A stretch of 64,000 nt of DNA, taken from positions 1,152,001 to 1,216,000 of the forward strand of contig CAXXJV010000001.1 in the NCBI GenBank assembly GCA_963663475.2, written 5' to 3'. Within the stretch, counting starts at the first letter, position 1. Each line of letters starts with the position of its first letter. This DNA is from Candidatus Cloacimonadales bacterium (GTDB lineage Bacteria; Cloacimonadota; Cloacimonadia; Cloacimonadales; JAFGVF01). Under the pieces are notes generated by a model, which saw only the letters and a program-made list of their open reading frames with translations, had not been told where the DNA came from and ran no database searches. Made by a program: the position numbers and the translations under genes. Shown here one piece after another: positions 8,553 to 18,396 of the stretch.

Positions 8553-11500
8553 ATGCGAAAGACAGCTATATTGATTACTGTCGTTTTAGTGCTTTTTAGT
8601 GTCCAATTATATGCTCAGACTTCTGGTGTATTAAAGGGACAAGTTAGAGATAATAACGGAGAACCATTACCACAGGCTAACGTTGTATTACAGTTAGATG
8701 GTAATAATACTCAATTCGGTACTAGTACTGATGAATTCGGTGAATATATTATTATTAATATCTCACCAGGTGTCTATGACCTCATGGTCTCTGCTACTGG
8801 TTACAGAAGACAATTAATTCAAGGTGTTGAAATTAATGTTAACCAAACCACTAATAGGGATCCTGTGAGATTAGAACCAGGAGATAATTCATTAGAAGCT
8901 ATTACTTTTACTGAGAAACGTAAGGTAATCGATACCGATAGAGTCGGTACTGAAAGATCCATTGATGTAGGGAATATTAGTGATTTATCTGTTTCCAGTG
9001 TTGATGATATTATGGCCCTCCAACCTGGTGTTACTAATGTAGGTGGAGAAATTCGTGTCCGTGGTTCAAGATCTAATGAAGTTAACTTTACCGTTGACGG
9101 TATGTCAGTTTCTGACCCTGTTGATGGTGGTTCTGCTCTTCAAGTTGATACTGATGCTATCGCTGATATGAAGGTTTATACTGGTGCTTTAACTGCTGAA
9201 TTTGGTAATGCTCAATCCGGTATGGTAAATATCGTTACCCGTTCAGGTTACCCTGAATATAGAGGTAAGGTTGAATGGAATACTGATCATCTAGTTGATG
9301 ATGGTAGAAACCAAGACTTACTTAGATTTAACTTCGGTGGACCAGTTCTTGGCTATTTAGGTGCAGAAAACAATCTAAACTCAAGATTTACCTTCTTTAT
9401 TAATGGTGCTGGAACATGGACTGATGGAAGATATGCAGAATACTATGAATCAGACCCTTATGCAGACTTCACTTTTAATGGACTTCCATTAGTTAATGAA
9501 TACCCTGTTTATGATGTTTATAGTGATAGAGATGAAGTTGCAGGTTTCGATTTATCAAGTAGAAACTACAATGACTATAATATTAACTTCAAATCTAAGT
9601 ATCAAATTAATAACAACTCAAATGTTACCTTCGCTGTACGTGGAGACCGCTCAAGTTACAGACCTTTTGATTGGGGCTGGAAATATGCTCTCCAACATTT
9701 TGCTGAAACAGAAACTGAACAAAAGCAGTATGTTTTTACCTATGACCAAAATCTTAGTCAAACTGCTAACCTAAAATTAAAAGCTTCTTACTTCCAAAAA
9801 GATTCTTATGAAGGACCTAAAGGTATTGATAGAGATAGCTTCTTACATTTAGTTGTTTCCTCTGATGAACTTAATAGCGATGATGAATTAAGAAATGATT
9901 ATGTGCAAAGTGTTCTTAATAATGAAGGTATCTTCTTATATAACCACCCAGCTTATGTTTCTATAGATAGCGATACTGATGGTGTTTATGACTATTATAG
10001 CTCATTTAGACCTGCTTCAGAATGGACTTATGAAACTAATGCCTATAGTGAAAACCCTGGTATTCCTGGTTTTAATGCTCCTGGTTCTATATACACTAAC
10101 TTTGTTGATGATAAAACTGTTTCATACAATCTTAGAGGTGATGTAGAATGGGCGATTGATAGAATCAATACTGCTAAGACTGGTTTTGAATTAACTCGTT
10201 ATAGTATTGAAAAAAATCAGCTCCAAAGCTTTACTACTATTTATAATGATAGAAGAAGTAATTACTTAAGATCTATCTTTGATTCTGCTTCTATTCCAGA
10301 AGGTGCTGATTCACTTGCTATTCAAGATATTGTTAATAATAACAATGATGTTGTTGAAATCTTTGGTGACGGCTCAGCTGAAAACCCTTACTTTGTTGTT
10401 TATTCTCCTGAATCATATTATGAAGCATCTAAAGCTTCTTCTGGTACTAGAGATGGTTATAAAGCTGAACCTATTCAAGGTGCTTTCTATTTACAAGATA
10501 AAATGGAATGGCAAGGTATGATCGTTAATGCTGGTTTAAGATTTGACTTCTGGTACATTGGTGAAGACTATGATGTTCTCAACGATGATGGTACTTACAG
10601 AACTGAAAAGTTTGAAGGCAAAGATAAAACTCAGCTAATGGTTTCACCTCGTGTTGGTGTTTCTCACCCTATCTCTGAAAGAGATGTTCTTAGATTTGCT
10701 TATAACTATCAAAACCAGTTGCCTGCTATGAGATATATATTCACTTCTAAAACACCTCAAGATGCTTACACTTCAGATAATGCAATTACTGTTGGTAATG
10801 CTGAACTTGAACCTCAAATTACTATCACTTATGAAGTTGGTCTTCAACACTTAATCAATGAAGATTGGGCTATTGACCTTTCATTATACTATAAAAACTA
10901 CTATAACTATGTATCAACAAGAAAAGTTGTAGACCCTGATGAACCTCAAGTTTTCTGGTATGAATTTATCTCTGAAGACTATGCGTCAGGTAGAGGTATT
11001 GATATTGCTTTAGATAAAGCTTTAACAAACTTCTGGTCTGCAAATATTTCTTATTCATTTGCTTGGGCTGAAGGTAATAACTCTTCAACTGTTATCCAAG
11101 ATGAAAATACAAATCTTCGTGAATTCCCTCTTGATTGGGATATCAGAAACAATCTAAGCTTGAATTTAATGTTTAGAATTGAAAGAGGTGAAGAATTCTT
11201 CATTCCTTTCACAAACTATATTTTACCATTGGATGATTTCTCTACTAGTTTCACTTACACTTACTCTTCTGGAGAACCTTATACTCCTCAAGATCCTGAA
11301 ACTGATAATTTCTTAGATCCTAATAGTGAAAGAAAAGATGCTAGACAAAATACTAGTTTGAAGATTTCTAAAAAAATTAATATTAGTAGAAATTCATTTA
11401 TTAATGTTTTCTTTGATATTGATAACTTATTCAAGTATAGAAATATCAATAATGTATATGCAAAAACTGGTGACCCATTTGACTCAGGTGAAGATTTCTC

Positions 11501-11615
11501 AGTTAATGGCGTAAATATACCAGAAGTTGATTTCATGAATCAACATAGATTTAGTGATCCAGGAAGAGTTTCTCAAGATAGATCATACTCTTTTGGTATC
11601 TCTTATAATTTCTAA
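8553..11615 (+). CDS. TonB-dependent receptor with N-terminal carboxypeptidase-regulatory-like domain
   Basis: Signal peptide; G.LKGQVRD..GEPLP.ANV; plug RGSRSNE...VDG, AEFGNAQSG.VNIVT; barrel NAGLRFD, SPRVG, GNAELEP; C-terminal GISYNF. Confidence 0.92.
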   Translation: MRKTAILITVVLVLFSVQLYAQTSGVLKGQVRDNNGEPLPQANVVLQLDGNNTQFGTSTDEFGEYIIINISPGVYDLMVSATGYRRQLIQGVEINVNQTTNRDPVRLEPGDNSLEAITFTEKRKVIDTDRVGTERSIDVGNISDLSVSSVDDIMALQPGVTNVGGEIRVRGSRSNEVNFTVDGMSVSDPVDGGSALQVDTDAIADMKVYTGALTAEFGNAQSGMVNIVTRSGYPEYRGKVEWNTDHLVDDGRNQDLLRFNFGGPVLGYLGAENNLNSRFTFFINGAGTWTDGRYAEYYESDPYADFTFNGLPLVNEYPVYDVYSDRDEVAGFDLSSRNYNDYNINFKSKYQINNNSNVTFAVRGDRSSYRPFDWGWKYALQHFAETETEQKQYVFTYDQNLSQTANLKLKASYFQKDSYEGPKGIDRDSFLHLVVSSDELNSDDELRNDYVQSVLNNEGIFLYNHPAYVSIDSDTDGVYDYYSSFRPASEWTYETNAYSENPGIPGFNAPGSIYTNFVDDKTVSYNLRGDVEWAIDRINTAKTGFELTRYSIEKNQLQSFTTIYNDRRSNYLRSIFDSASIPEGADSLAIQDIVNNNNDVVEIFGDGSAENPYFVVYSPESYYEASKASSGTRDGYKAEPIQGAFYLQDKMEWQGMIVNAGLRFDFWYIGEDYDVLNDDGTYRTEKFEGKDKTQLMVSPRVGVSHPISERDVLRFAYNYQNQLPAMRYIFTSKTPQDAYTSDNAITVGNAELEPQITITYEVGLQHLINEDWAIDLSLYYKNYYNYVSTRKVVDPDEPQVFWYEFISEDYASGRGIDIALDKALTNFWSANISYSFAWAEGNNSSTVIQDENTNLREFPLDWDIRNNLSLNLMFRIERGEEFFIPFTNYILPLDDFSTSFTYTYSSGEPYTPQDPETDNFLDPNSERKDARQNTSLKISKKINISRNSFINVFFDIDNLFKYRNINNVYAKTGDPFDSGEDFSVNGVNIPEVDFMNQHRFSDPGRVSQDRSYSFGISYNF

Positions 11616-11655
11616 AATAAATAAAATATAATATAATAATTGGAGGAAATGAAGG

Positions 11656-12399
11656 ATGAATAAGAAAATTTCAGTACTCTTACTAATAATTTTGTTAGGA
11701 AGTTTTGTATTTACTACTGCTCTTTTTGCACAAGAGGCTGCACAAGATGGTGGTAGTGCTATTGAAACTATTGCAAGTACTCTTTTTGGAAAAAGCTTAG
11801 TTAAACAGTTTAAAGATGGTGGATGGGCAATGTGGCCTCTCTTAGCTTTATTTATCTGGGGACTTGGTATCGGTATTTGGAAACTCTTAGTTTTAGTAAG
11901 AGGAAGAATAAATGTTGAAAAATTCTTAGATGAAATTGTTCCTAAAATAAAAGATGGTAACTTCAAAGCTGCTATTGATTATGTTAATGATCAAAAAGGT
12001 TCAGTTGCAAATATAGTTAGAGCTGGTTTATTAAAAAATGATTCTGGTATCGAAGCTATGGAAAAAGCTATGGAAAACGCAGCTGTTGTTGAAATGTCTT
12101 TCTTAGATAGAGGTTTTAACGAATTATCAACTACAATTACCTTGGCTCCTATGATGGGTTTCTTAGGAACTCTTCTTGGTATGATTACAGCTTTTGATGA
12201 TATTCAAAACACTGAAGTTGTTGATGCTGGTGTTGTTGCTGGAGGTATCAAGATAGCTCTTATTACTTCTGCTGCAGGTTTAATCATTGCGATCCCTATT
12301 CAATTTGCTAACAATATTTTCATGACTATGGTTGATAGCATTGTTGTTGATATGCAGAAAGCAACTGAAAAGGTAATTGATACTTTGACTGAAAAGTAG
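11656..12399 (+). CDS. exbB: MotA/TolQ/ExbB proton channel
   Basis: GGWAMWPL, APMMGFLGTLLGMI.AF, GGIKIALITSAAGL. Confidence 0.92.
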   Translation: MNKKISVLLLIILLGSFVFTTALFAQEAAQDGGSAIETIASTLFGKSLVKQFKDGGWAMWPLLALFIWGLGIGIWKLLVLVRGRINVEKFLDEIVPKIKDGNFKAAIDYVNDQKGSVANIVRAGLLKNDSGIEAMEKAMENAAVVEMSFLDRGFNELSTTITLAPMMGFLGTLLGMITAFDDIQNTEVVDAGVVAGGIKIALITSAAGLIIAIPIQFANNIFMTMVDSIVVDMQKATEKVIDTLTEK

Positions 12400-12410
12400 G
12401 GTGGGGAATC

Positions 12411-12890
12411 ATGAAATTTCCTGCTAAAAAGAAAAAAAGTGCTGAAATACCAACAGCTTCAATGTCTGACATTGCATTCTTATTGATAGTTTTCTTTATG
12501 GCAGTTGGAAAATTTGATAATAAACAGGGTATTCCTTATCAAATTGCTGCTCCTGCTGCTGAAGAACAAACTCAAGAGCAAGATGTAATTTTAGACAGAC
12601 AGAATCTTATTGAAATTGAGATTTGGAATGAGGCTGGTACTAGCAATGTCTTATGTGAATATTTTGTTTACGATGAGAATGATGTTAAACAAGATGGTGT
12701 AAGATTTAGAGTAGCAGAACTTGGAAAGCAGATGATCAAAGATAAAGTTGAGAAGAATCCTGATAGTGTTATTAAACTCAAGATTGATAGAAATGTTGAG
12801 TACCGTGGATTTATTTCTGTATTCGATGAATTAAGAGCTAATAATATGGCGAAAAAAGTTAAATTTGAACGCCACTATTTAAACAAATAG
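12411..12890 (+). CDS. exbD: ExbD/TolR family protein
   Basis: IPTASMSDIAFLLIVFFM TM with conserved Asp; IKLKIDRNVEY. Confidence 0.9.
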   Translation: MKFPAKKKKSAEIPTASMSDIAFLLIVFFMAVGKFDNKQGIPYQIAAPAAEEQTQEQDVILDRQNLIEIEIWNEAGTSNVLCEYFVYDENDVKQDGVRFRVAELGKQMIKDKVEKNPDSVIKLKIDRNVEYRGFISVFDELRANNMAKKVKFERHYLNK

Positions 12891-12899
12891 GAGAGTAAT

Positions 12900-13352
12900 A
12901 TGAATATGATTAGAAAAAAGGTCAAGGCAGAAGCTAACACTTCTTCTTCATCTGATATTGCTTTCTTACTCCTGCTCTTCTTTGTTGTAACAACTCAGAT
13001 TATCTATATTCCTGTTCAAACTAAATATCCAAATGCTCGAGAAATAGAAAGACAGATGCAAAGTAATATTCTTACTGTTTATGTTGCTAATGATGGCACA
13101 TCTCCAAATTTTGATTATTATTTAGATGACGTCTATGTTAATGAGCTAGTTGATAATAAGAGTAACGAAGAAATTAGTCGTAGCTTAGGCAAGCAAATCA
13201 GATCAAGAATCGATCAAGATCCTGATCGTAACTGGATTGTTAGTCTTAGAATAGATGCTGATGTAGATTTTGATACTATTAATACCTTAATAACAGATCT
13301 TCAAAACAATAAAGTAGAATCTATTGTTTTTGAAGCAAGAAAGAGGGGCTAA
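12900..13352 (+). CDS. exbD: second ExbD/TolR family protein
   Basis: SSSDIAFLLLLFFVVTT; VSLRIDADVDF. Confidence 0.88.
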   Translation: MNMIRKKVKAEANTSSSSDIAFLLLLFFVVTTQIIYIPVQTKYPNAREIERQMQSNILTVYVANDGTSPNFDYYLDDVYVNELVDNKSNEEISRSLGKQIRSRIDQDPDRNWIVSLRIDADVDFDTINTLITDLQNNKVESIVFEARKRG

Positions 13353-13355
13353 TAT

Positions 13356-14042
13356 ATGGCGGGTAAATATACTGATTGGAAAACTGAGGCAAATGGCTAC
13401 CTGGTTAAAGGTATGGCAATGTCTGTTGTTTTAGTTATGTTTCTTTTACTAGTTATGCCTCGTTTCGAATCTTCTGCTAAAGAGGAAGAGGTTAGTGATG
13501 AATCACAAGTATCAGAACATTTTGAATTTGAAGAAGTTGTTGAAGAGGAAGAAATTATAGAGGAAGAAGCTCCTGAAGAAGAAGAGGAGATTATTAATCC
13601 TGAAGAAAATATTCAGATGAACTTTGATGAATTAGGTCTTGAGGATATTGAAAGTGCTGTTGAGCGTAAAACAATCTCTACTACAGATGATTTAGAAAAA
13701 CTTAACATCTCATTCTCTTCTGTTGATGAAGCTAGTATTAATCAACCTTATGTTGTTCACCAAGAAATGCCTACTGTTATCAGAAGCGTTAAACCTATTT
13801 ATCCAGATATTGCTATTCAAAACAATGTTGAGGGTACTCTTATTGTGGAAGCTTGGGTAAAAGTAGATGGTACTGTTGGTAATGTAAGAGTTATTAAATC
13901 TCTTCAAAGCATTCCTGGTGGATTAGATGAAGCAGCAGTAAATGCTGTTTGGCAATGGACATTTGAACCTGCAAAATCTGGTGGTAGACCTGTAGCTTGT
14001 TGGGTGAAAATTCCTCTTAACTTAAAATTTGAAGATAATTAA
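13356..14042 (+). CDS. tonB: energy transducer TonB with acidic linker
   Basis: N-terminal TM; TonB_C motifs PIYPDIA...VEG..V.VDG.V, LDEAAV.AV.QW.FEPA. Confidence 0.92.
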   Translation: MAGKYTDWKTEANGYLVKGMAMSVVLVMFLLLVMPRFESSAKEEEVSDESQVSEHFEFEEVVEEEEIIEEEAPEEEEEIINPEENIQMNFDELGLEDIESAVERKTISTTDDLEKLNISFSSVDEASINQPYVVHQEMPTVIRSVKPIYPDIAIQNNVEGTLIVEAWVKVDGTVGNVRVIKSLQSIPGGLDEAAVNAVWQWTFEPAKSGGRPVACWVKIPLNLKFEDN

Positions 14043-14057
14043 ACTGGAGGATTATAA

Positions 14058-17000
14058 ATGAAATTGATTTTCCGTAAGCTGATTCCAGTATTAGCTATAA
14101 TGATTTGTAGCATTTCTTTGCTAAATGCTGCTGCGGTCGACCCGACTCCGACCAAACAATTTGACTTAACTAAATATCATGATGTTGGAAACATTTGGCT
14201 CCGTGTAAGTAATTACGGTTTCTTTGGTTCTGGTAGTGATATTACTCCTCAATACCCGTCTCTTGAGTATCCTGGTGGTAGTGGAATTGACTATCTCTAT
14301 CAAGGTGCTTTATGGTTCGGTGCGAAAAAAATTAGAAGAAACGCAACTGGTGAAAAACTTTATTGGACATCAAGTGATCCTTATGGTGAAGAAGATATGA
14401 GTGTTATTGCTGAATCTGACTTACCTGATGATTATAATGGATTAGGTGTTGTGCTTGATACATTAGTATCTGTGGGTTTCGACGGTGACTTAGGTTTAAA
14501 TGAGTTTTTGCCTGCCTATAATCCTACAGAAAATGCAAACCCATCAGTATCAGACTTTTTTGGTACTTTCAATTCATCTGATAAAATCATGACTGCTTCT
14601 ACTAGAAGCCAAAGACGTGGAGACGATGATGATGGTGATGGAAAAATCGACGAAGATGGACCTGGTTTTACCTTCCCGATGAGAGATATGCATGAGTTAC
14701 CTGAAGCTTTCCAAGATTTAGGTTCTATTTATCTTCATGAGCAAGATTTTGATCAAACAAGAGCTATTGAAGAGAGACAAGACATCTGGTTCCCTCTTGG
14801 TTTTATGGATCTTTCTGCTAGTGATGAGAGTGAATATTTTAACTTTGCTACTCCTTATGATGATGATGGTGATGGTAGAGTTGATGAAGATTCTGCACCT
14901 GTATCTGAACAAGATTTTATTTCATATTATTATGATTATTCTCCATTTGGATATGAAGGCCAAAGAGACTGGGGAAGAGATAAATCAAGATCTGATCATT
15001 ACCCATTGAACATTCGTGTTAGACAAATGAGTTATCAATGGTCTTATGAATATATTAAAAATCTTGTTTATATTGAATTTAATATTACAAATATGAATGA
15101 CCAAGACACTCTTTATGATTGTGCTATGGGTGTCTATATGGACTCTGACGTTGGACCTCAAAGTTGGGATTCTGATAAAGCTTCTGATGACCTTTCTGGT
15201 TATCAAAAAGGTGATGATTATGAATTTGCATACACTCGTGATAATGACGGTGATGGTGGTTTAACTACTGGACTTGTTGGTTCACGTGTTTGTTCTCCAA
15301 TTCCTAACCCAGACTCATTAAACTATTCTTGTTGGTTCTGGGAAGTTGGTGATGGTCCTGATGATTCCAATATCAGATCTTCAACCCTTACAGGAAAAAC
15401 TAATAATGAAAAATATTGGTTATTGATTGGTGGAAAAGCTAGAACACTTGAGTCTGGTGAAGTTATCCATATCAATCCTGATGATCAAAAATTTGAATCT
15501 TTGAGAAAAGAAGATAGTGAAGGTTTTGGTGACCATTTTATCCAACCTATTGCTGCTGATACTAGATATCTCTTTGCTTTTAGTGGTGCCCAACCAGGTA
15601 CTCCTGATTATAATGAAGTAGATGCTGAAGGTAACTATTTCAAAAGATGGAACCTTGCTCCACGTAAAACTATGAAAATTGTTATTGCTGTTTTCCCAGG
15701 AGATAACTTGGAAGATCTTAAAGCTACTTCAATTTGGGCTAAGACAATCTATGGTGATGCTCAATCATTAACTAATGTTGTTCTTCCTGATACCGCTTTA
15801 CACTATACTCCACCTGAACCTCCTGAAATTCCTAACTTATTTGCTGAAATTTCTGAAGATGGTAACTATATAGATTACTATTGGGATAATAGATCTATTT
15901 TCTCATATGATAGAGATAATGTTAGTGGAACTGTTGTTGGTTGGCAAGATGGTAATGCTAATTTTGATTCATATTATCAAAATTGGGACCAATGGAGTGA
16001 CATTTACGCTGGTAATACTGAAGTACCTGCACCAGCTGATACACTATCAAGTGAAGAAACAAGAACTATTGCTCCTCCAACTGCATTTAGATTAAGACAT
16101 GACTTCCAAGGATACCGTACCTGGATTAGATCAGGTTCTGGATCACAAGAAGATTGGTCATTAGTTCAAATGTGGGGTAAATATGAAAGTCAACAAGACT
16201 TAGAAGACTATAATGTAAATCTTGGTGTTGTTAATAGTGCTGGCGATGCGATTTTTGAAGATTTTGGTGGTTATACTGATATCGATACAGGCTTACCAAA
16301 TGAAAGAATTGCTGGTTCTGAAAATAATAGATACGAAGATGACCAATATTATAAATATAATGAATACTATGTGATGCGTCCTATTGAGCTTGGTGAAACC
16401 ATTAATGGTTGGCCTCTCTATAGATATGATGTTGATTATAGTCAAGAACTTCAAGATCAAGCAGATCAGATTGCTAATGATATGTTCGGTATAGTAGTTA
16501 ACCAAGCTGCTGGTACAATTCTCTCAGATGAAGTTAAAGCTGAAATTGCTGTACAACTTTTCAAAAGAGATGATGTTAGAGAAGATATTTTCAGAGAATT
16601 ATACGATGAAAAATTAATTCCTCTCTATAGTTTCGGTGGTCAATCATCAATCGGTGATACTGAAAAACTTGAAGAACTTAGAAAAGAACGTTTATCTAGA
16701 AGATATTTCAGAGCATCTGCTAGTGTGCCTCGTAAAGGTGTAGAAACCTATGTTGCTGTCACTGCTTTTGATAGAGGTATGCCAGCTAAGTCTCTAGATT
16801 TCTTAGAAACTGGTAGAGATGCTGATGCTAATATGAAAGTATTCTTCCCTGCTCCAAGTAGTAGAGATAATGACGGTTCTAACGTATATGTAGTTCCTAA
16901 TCCATATATTGGTGGATCTTCATTTGACGGTAGAAGAGAAAATGATGATAAGGGTGATAAATCTAAGAGAATTTGGTTCGTTAATTTACCTGCCAGATCT

Positions 17001-17243
17001 CATGTTAAAATCTTCACTCTTGCTGGTGACTTAGTCGATGAATTTAGACATGAAGGTGCCTATGAAGAAGATATCATTACTGTAAGTAAAGCTGCTAGTC
17101 TTGGTATTACTTCTGAAAGCATCCACTCTTGGGACCTTCTTTCAAAAAATAACCAAATTATTGCTCCTGGTGTTTATTTATTCTCAGTTAAGAATCTAAG
17201 AAATGGTGACATCAATGTTGGCAAATTTGTCTTAATTAAATAA
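14058..17243 (+). CDS. large secreted acidic protein with DxDGDG repeats and T9SS-like C-terminal domain
   Basis: Signal peptide; DDDGDGKIDED and DDDGDGRVDED; CTD VYVVPNPY...IFTLAGDLV...WDL...APGVYL...GKFVLIK. Confidence 0.85.
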   Translation: MKLIFRKLIPVLAIMICSISLLNAAAVDPTPTKQFDLTKYHDVGNIWLRVSNYGFFGSGSDITPQYPSLEYPGGSGIDYLYQGALWFGAKKIRRNATGEKLYWTSSDPYGEEDMSVIAESDLPDDYNGLGVVLDTLVSVGFDGDLGLNEFLPAYNPTENANPSVSDFFGTFNSSDKIMTASTRSQRRGDDDDGDGKIDEDGPGFTFPMRDMHELPEAFQDLGSIYLHEQDFDQTRAIEERQDIWFPLGFMDLSASDESEYFNFATPYDDDGDGRVDEDSAPVSEQDFISYYYDYSPFGYEGQRDWGRDKSRSDHYPLNIRVRQMSYQWSYEYIKNLVYIEFNITNMNDQDTLYDCAMGVYMDSDVGPQSWDSDKASDDLSGYQKGDDYEFAYTRDNDGDGGLTTGLVGSRVCSPIPNPDSLNYSCWFWEVGDGPDDSNIRSSTLTGKTNNEKYWLLIGGKARTLESGEVIHINPDDQKFESLRKEDSEGFGDHFIQPIAADTRYLFAFSGAQPGTPDYNEVDAEGNYFKRWNLAPRKTMKIVIAVFPGDNLEDLKATSIWAKTIYGDAQSLTNVVLPDTALHYTPPEPPEIPNLFAEISEDGNYIDYYWDNRSIFSYDRDNVSGTVVGWQDGNANFDSYYQNWDQWSDIYAGNTEVPAPADTLSSEETRTIAPPTAFRLRHDFQGYRTWIRSGSGSQEDWSLVQMWGKYESQQDLEDYNVNLGVVNSAGDAIFEDFGGYTDIDTGLPNERIAGSENNRYEDDQYYKYNEYYVMRPIELGETINGWPLYRYDVDYSQELQDQADQIANDMFGIVVNQAAGTILSDEVKAEIAVQLFKRDDVREDIFRELYDEKLIPLYSFGGQSSIGDTEKLEELRKERLSRRYFRASASVPRKGVETYVAVTAFDRGMPAKSLDFLETGRDADANMKVFFPAPSSRDNDGSNVYVVPNPYIGGSSFDGRRENDDKGDKSKRIWFVNLPARSHVKIFTLAGDLVDEFRHEGAYEEDIITVSKAASLGITSESIHSWDLLSKNNQIIAPGVYLFSVKNLRNGDINVGKFVLIK

Positions 17244-17257
17244 GGGAGATTGAACTA

Positions 17258-18280
17258 ATGAAAAAGATAATTATAATAAGCCTAATTGTTCTCCTTCCTA
17301 TACTTATGTTTGCTGAAATCTTCGGTAAAACTGCTACTTCTGCTTTGCAATTTCTTAAATTTGGTGTTGATGCCAGAGCTGTAGGAATGGGTGAAGCTTA
17401 TGTGGCAGTTTCAGATGATATATCTTCAGTTTACTGGAATCCAGCTGGTTTAGCGACAAAACTAAACCATCAAGCTTTCTTCTCTCATACAAAATGGGTA
17501 GCTGACGTAGATCATGAATTTGCTGCTGTTTCTTATACAGACGGTATTCAAGCTCTTGGTTTAAGTGCTTCAGTTCTTCATATGGATGATATGGACGAAG
17601 TTACTGAAGAAGCTTTTGGACCTACTGGAAGAACTTTTACTGCTAGTGATATTGCTATTGGCTTAACATATTCCAATGCTTTCACTGATAAATTTTCTTT
17701 TGGTATTACTGGTAAGTATCTTAGAGAAAATCTCTATGAATTCAGTATCGATAGCTATGCTTTTGATATAGGTTCATTATATAATACTCAATGGCAAAAT
17801 TTAACTATTGGTATGGCCTTAAGAAATTTTGGTCCTGATGTGATTTATGAAATTGATAATGATGGTGATGATTTAACAGACGAAGATCCATTCGATTTGT
17901 TAGACAACGATGGTGATGGTCTAATCGACGAAGATGGGGAAGAGTTAGGTTTTAAAATACCAATGTCTTTCTCTCTCGGTTTAGCTTTAGACCTTATGAG
18001 ACAAGAGGAACAATCTTGGATATTCTCAGCTCAGTTGGATAATGTCGTAGATAGAGAAGAAACTTGGAATTTAGGTTCTGAATACACTTATAGAAACTTT
18101 GCTCTTAGAGCTGGACATCAAATAGGTTATGATGCTGCTGCATTCTCCTTTGGTGCTGGCTTTAAAATCCCAACCAGATTAGCTGTTTTCTCTCTTGATT
18201 ACGCTTATACTGAGATGGGAGATTTGAAAGAAGATTTTATGAATAGTGTTCACCGTTTCTCAGTTAAAATGGATTTTTAA
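17258..18280 (+). CDS. PorV/PorQ (UPF0164)-like outer-membrane barrel
   Basis: Signal peptide; FLKFGVDARAVGMGEAYVAVSDD..SVYWNPAGL; FDIG, RNFG, DYAY; terminal Phe. Confidence 0.9.
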   Translation: MKKIIIISLIVLLPILMFAEIFGKTATSALQFLKFGVDARAVGMGEAYVAVSDDISSVYWNPAGLATKLNHQAFFSHTKWVADVDHEFAAVSYTDGIQALGLSASVLHMDDMDEVTEEAFGPTGRTFTASDIAIGLTYSNAFTDKFSFGITGKYLRENLYEFSIDSYAFDIGSLYNTQWQNLTIGMALRNFGPDVIYEIDNDGDDLTDEDPFDLLDNDGDGLIDEDGEELGFKIPMSFSLGLALDLMRQEEQSWIFSAQLDNVVDREETWNLGSEYTYRNFALRAGHQIGYDAAAFSFGAGFKIPTRLAVFSLDYAYTEMGDLKEDFMNSVHRFSVKMDF

Positions 18281-18295
18281 TCTAAATTTTATAAG

Positions 18296-18319
18296 GTCCG
18301 AGTGGCTTGCCACTCGGAC
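18296..18319. other. intercistronic perfect stem-loop
   Basis: gtccgagtgg-cttg-ccactcggac, followed by an A-run rather than a U-run on the + strand. Confidence 0.7.
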
Positions 18320-18396
18320 AAAAAATTTGTAATTTGATGAAAAGTGACTATTTTATCATCAAGAATTTAAACCAAAAAAAAATGGGAGGAATGTAC

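Noticed and set aside
18307-18396. Upstream extension of paralog A (likewise ORF-track starts 23636, 26448, 41119, 60897, 62150)
   Set aside because: Downstream ATGs have better RBSs and give proper signal peptides or N-termini; 18307 lies inside a hairpin
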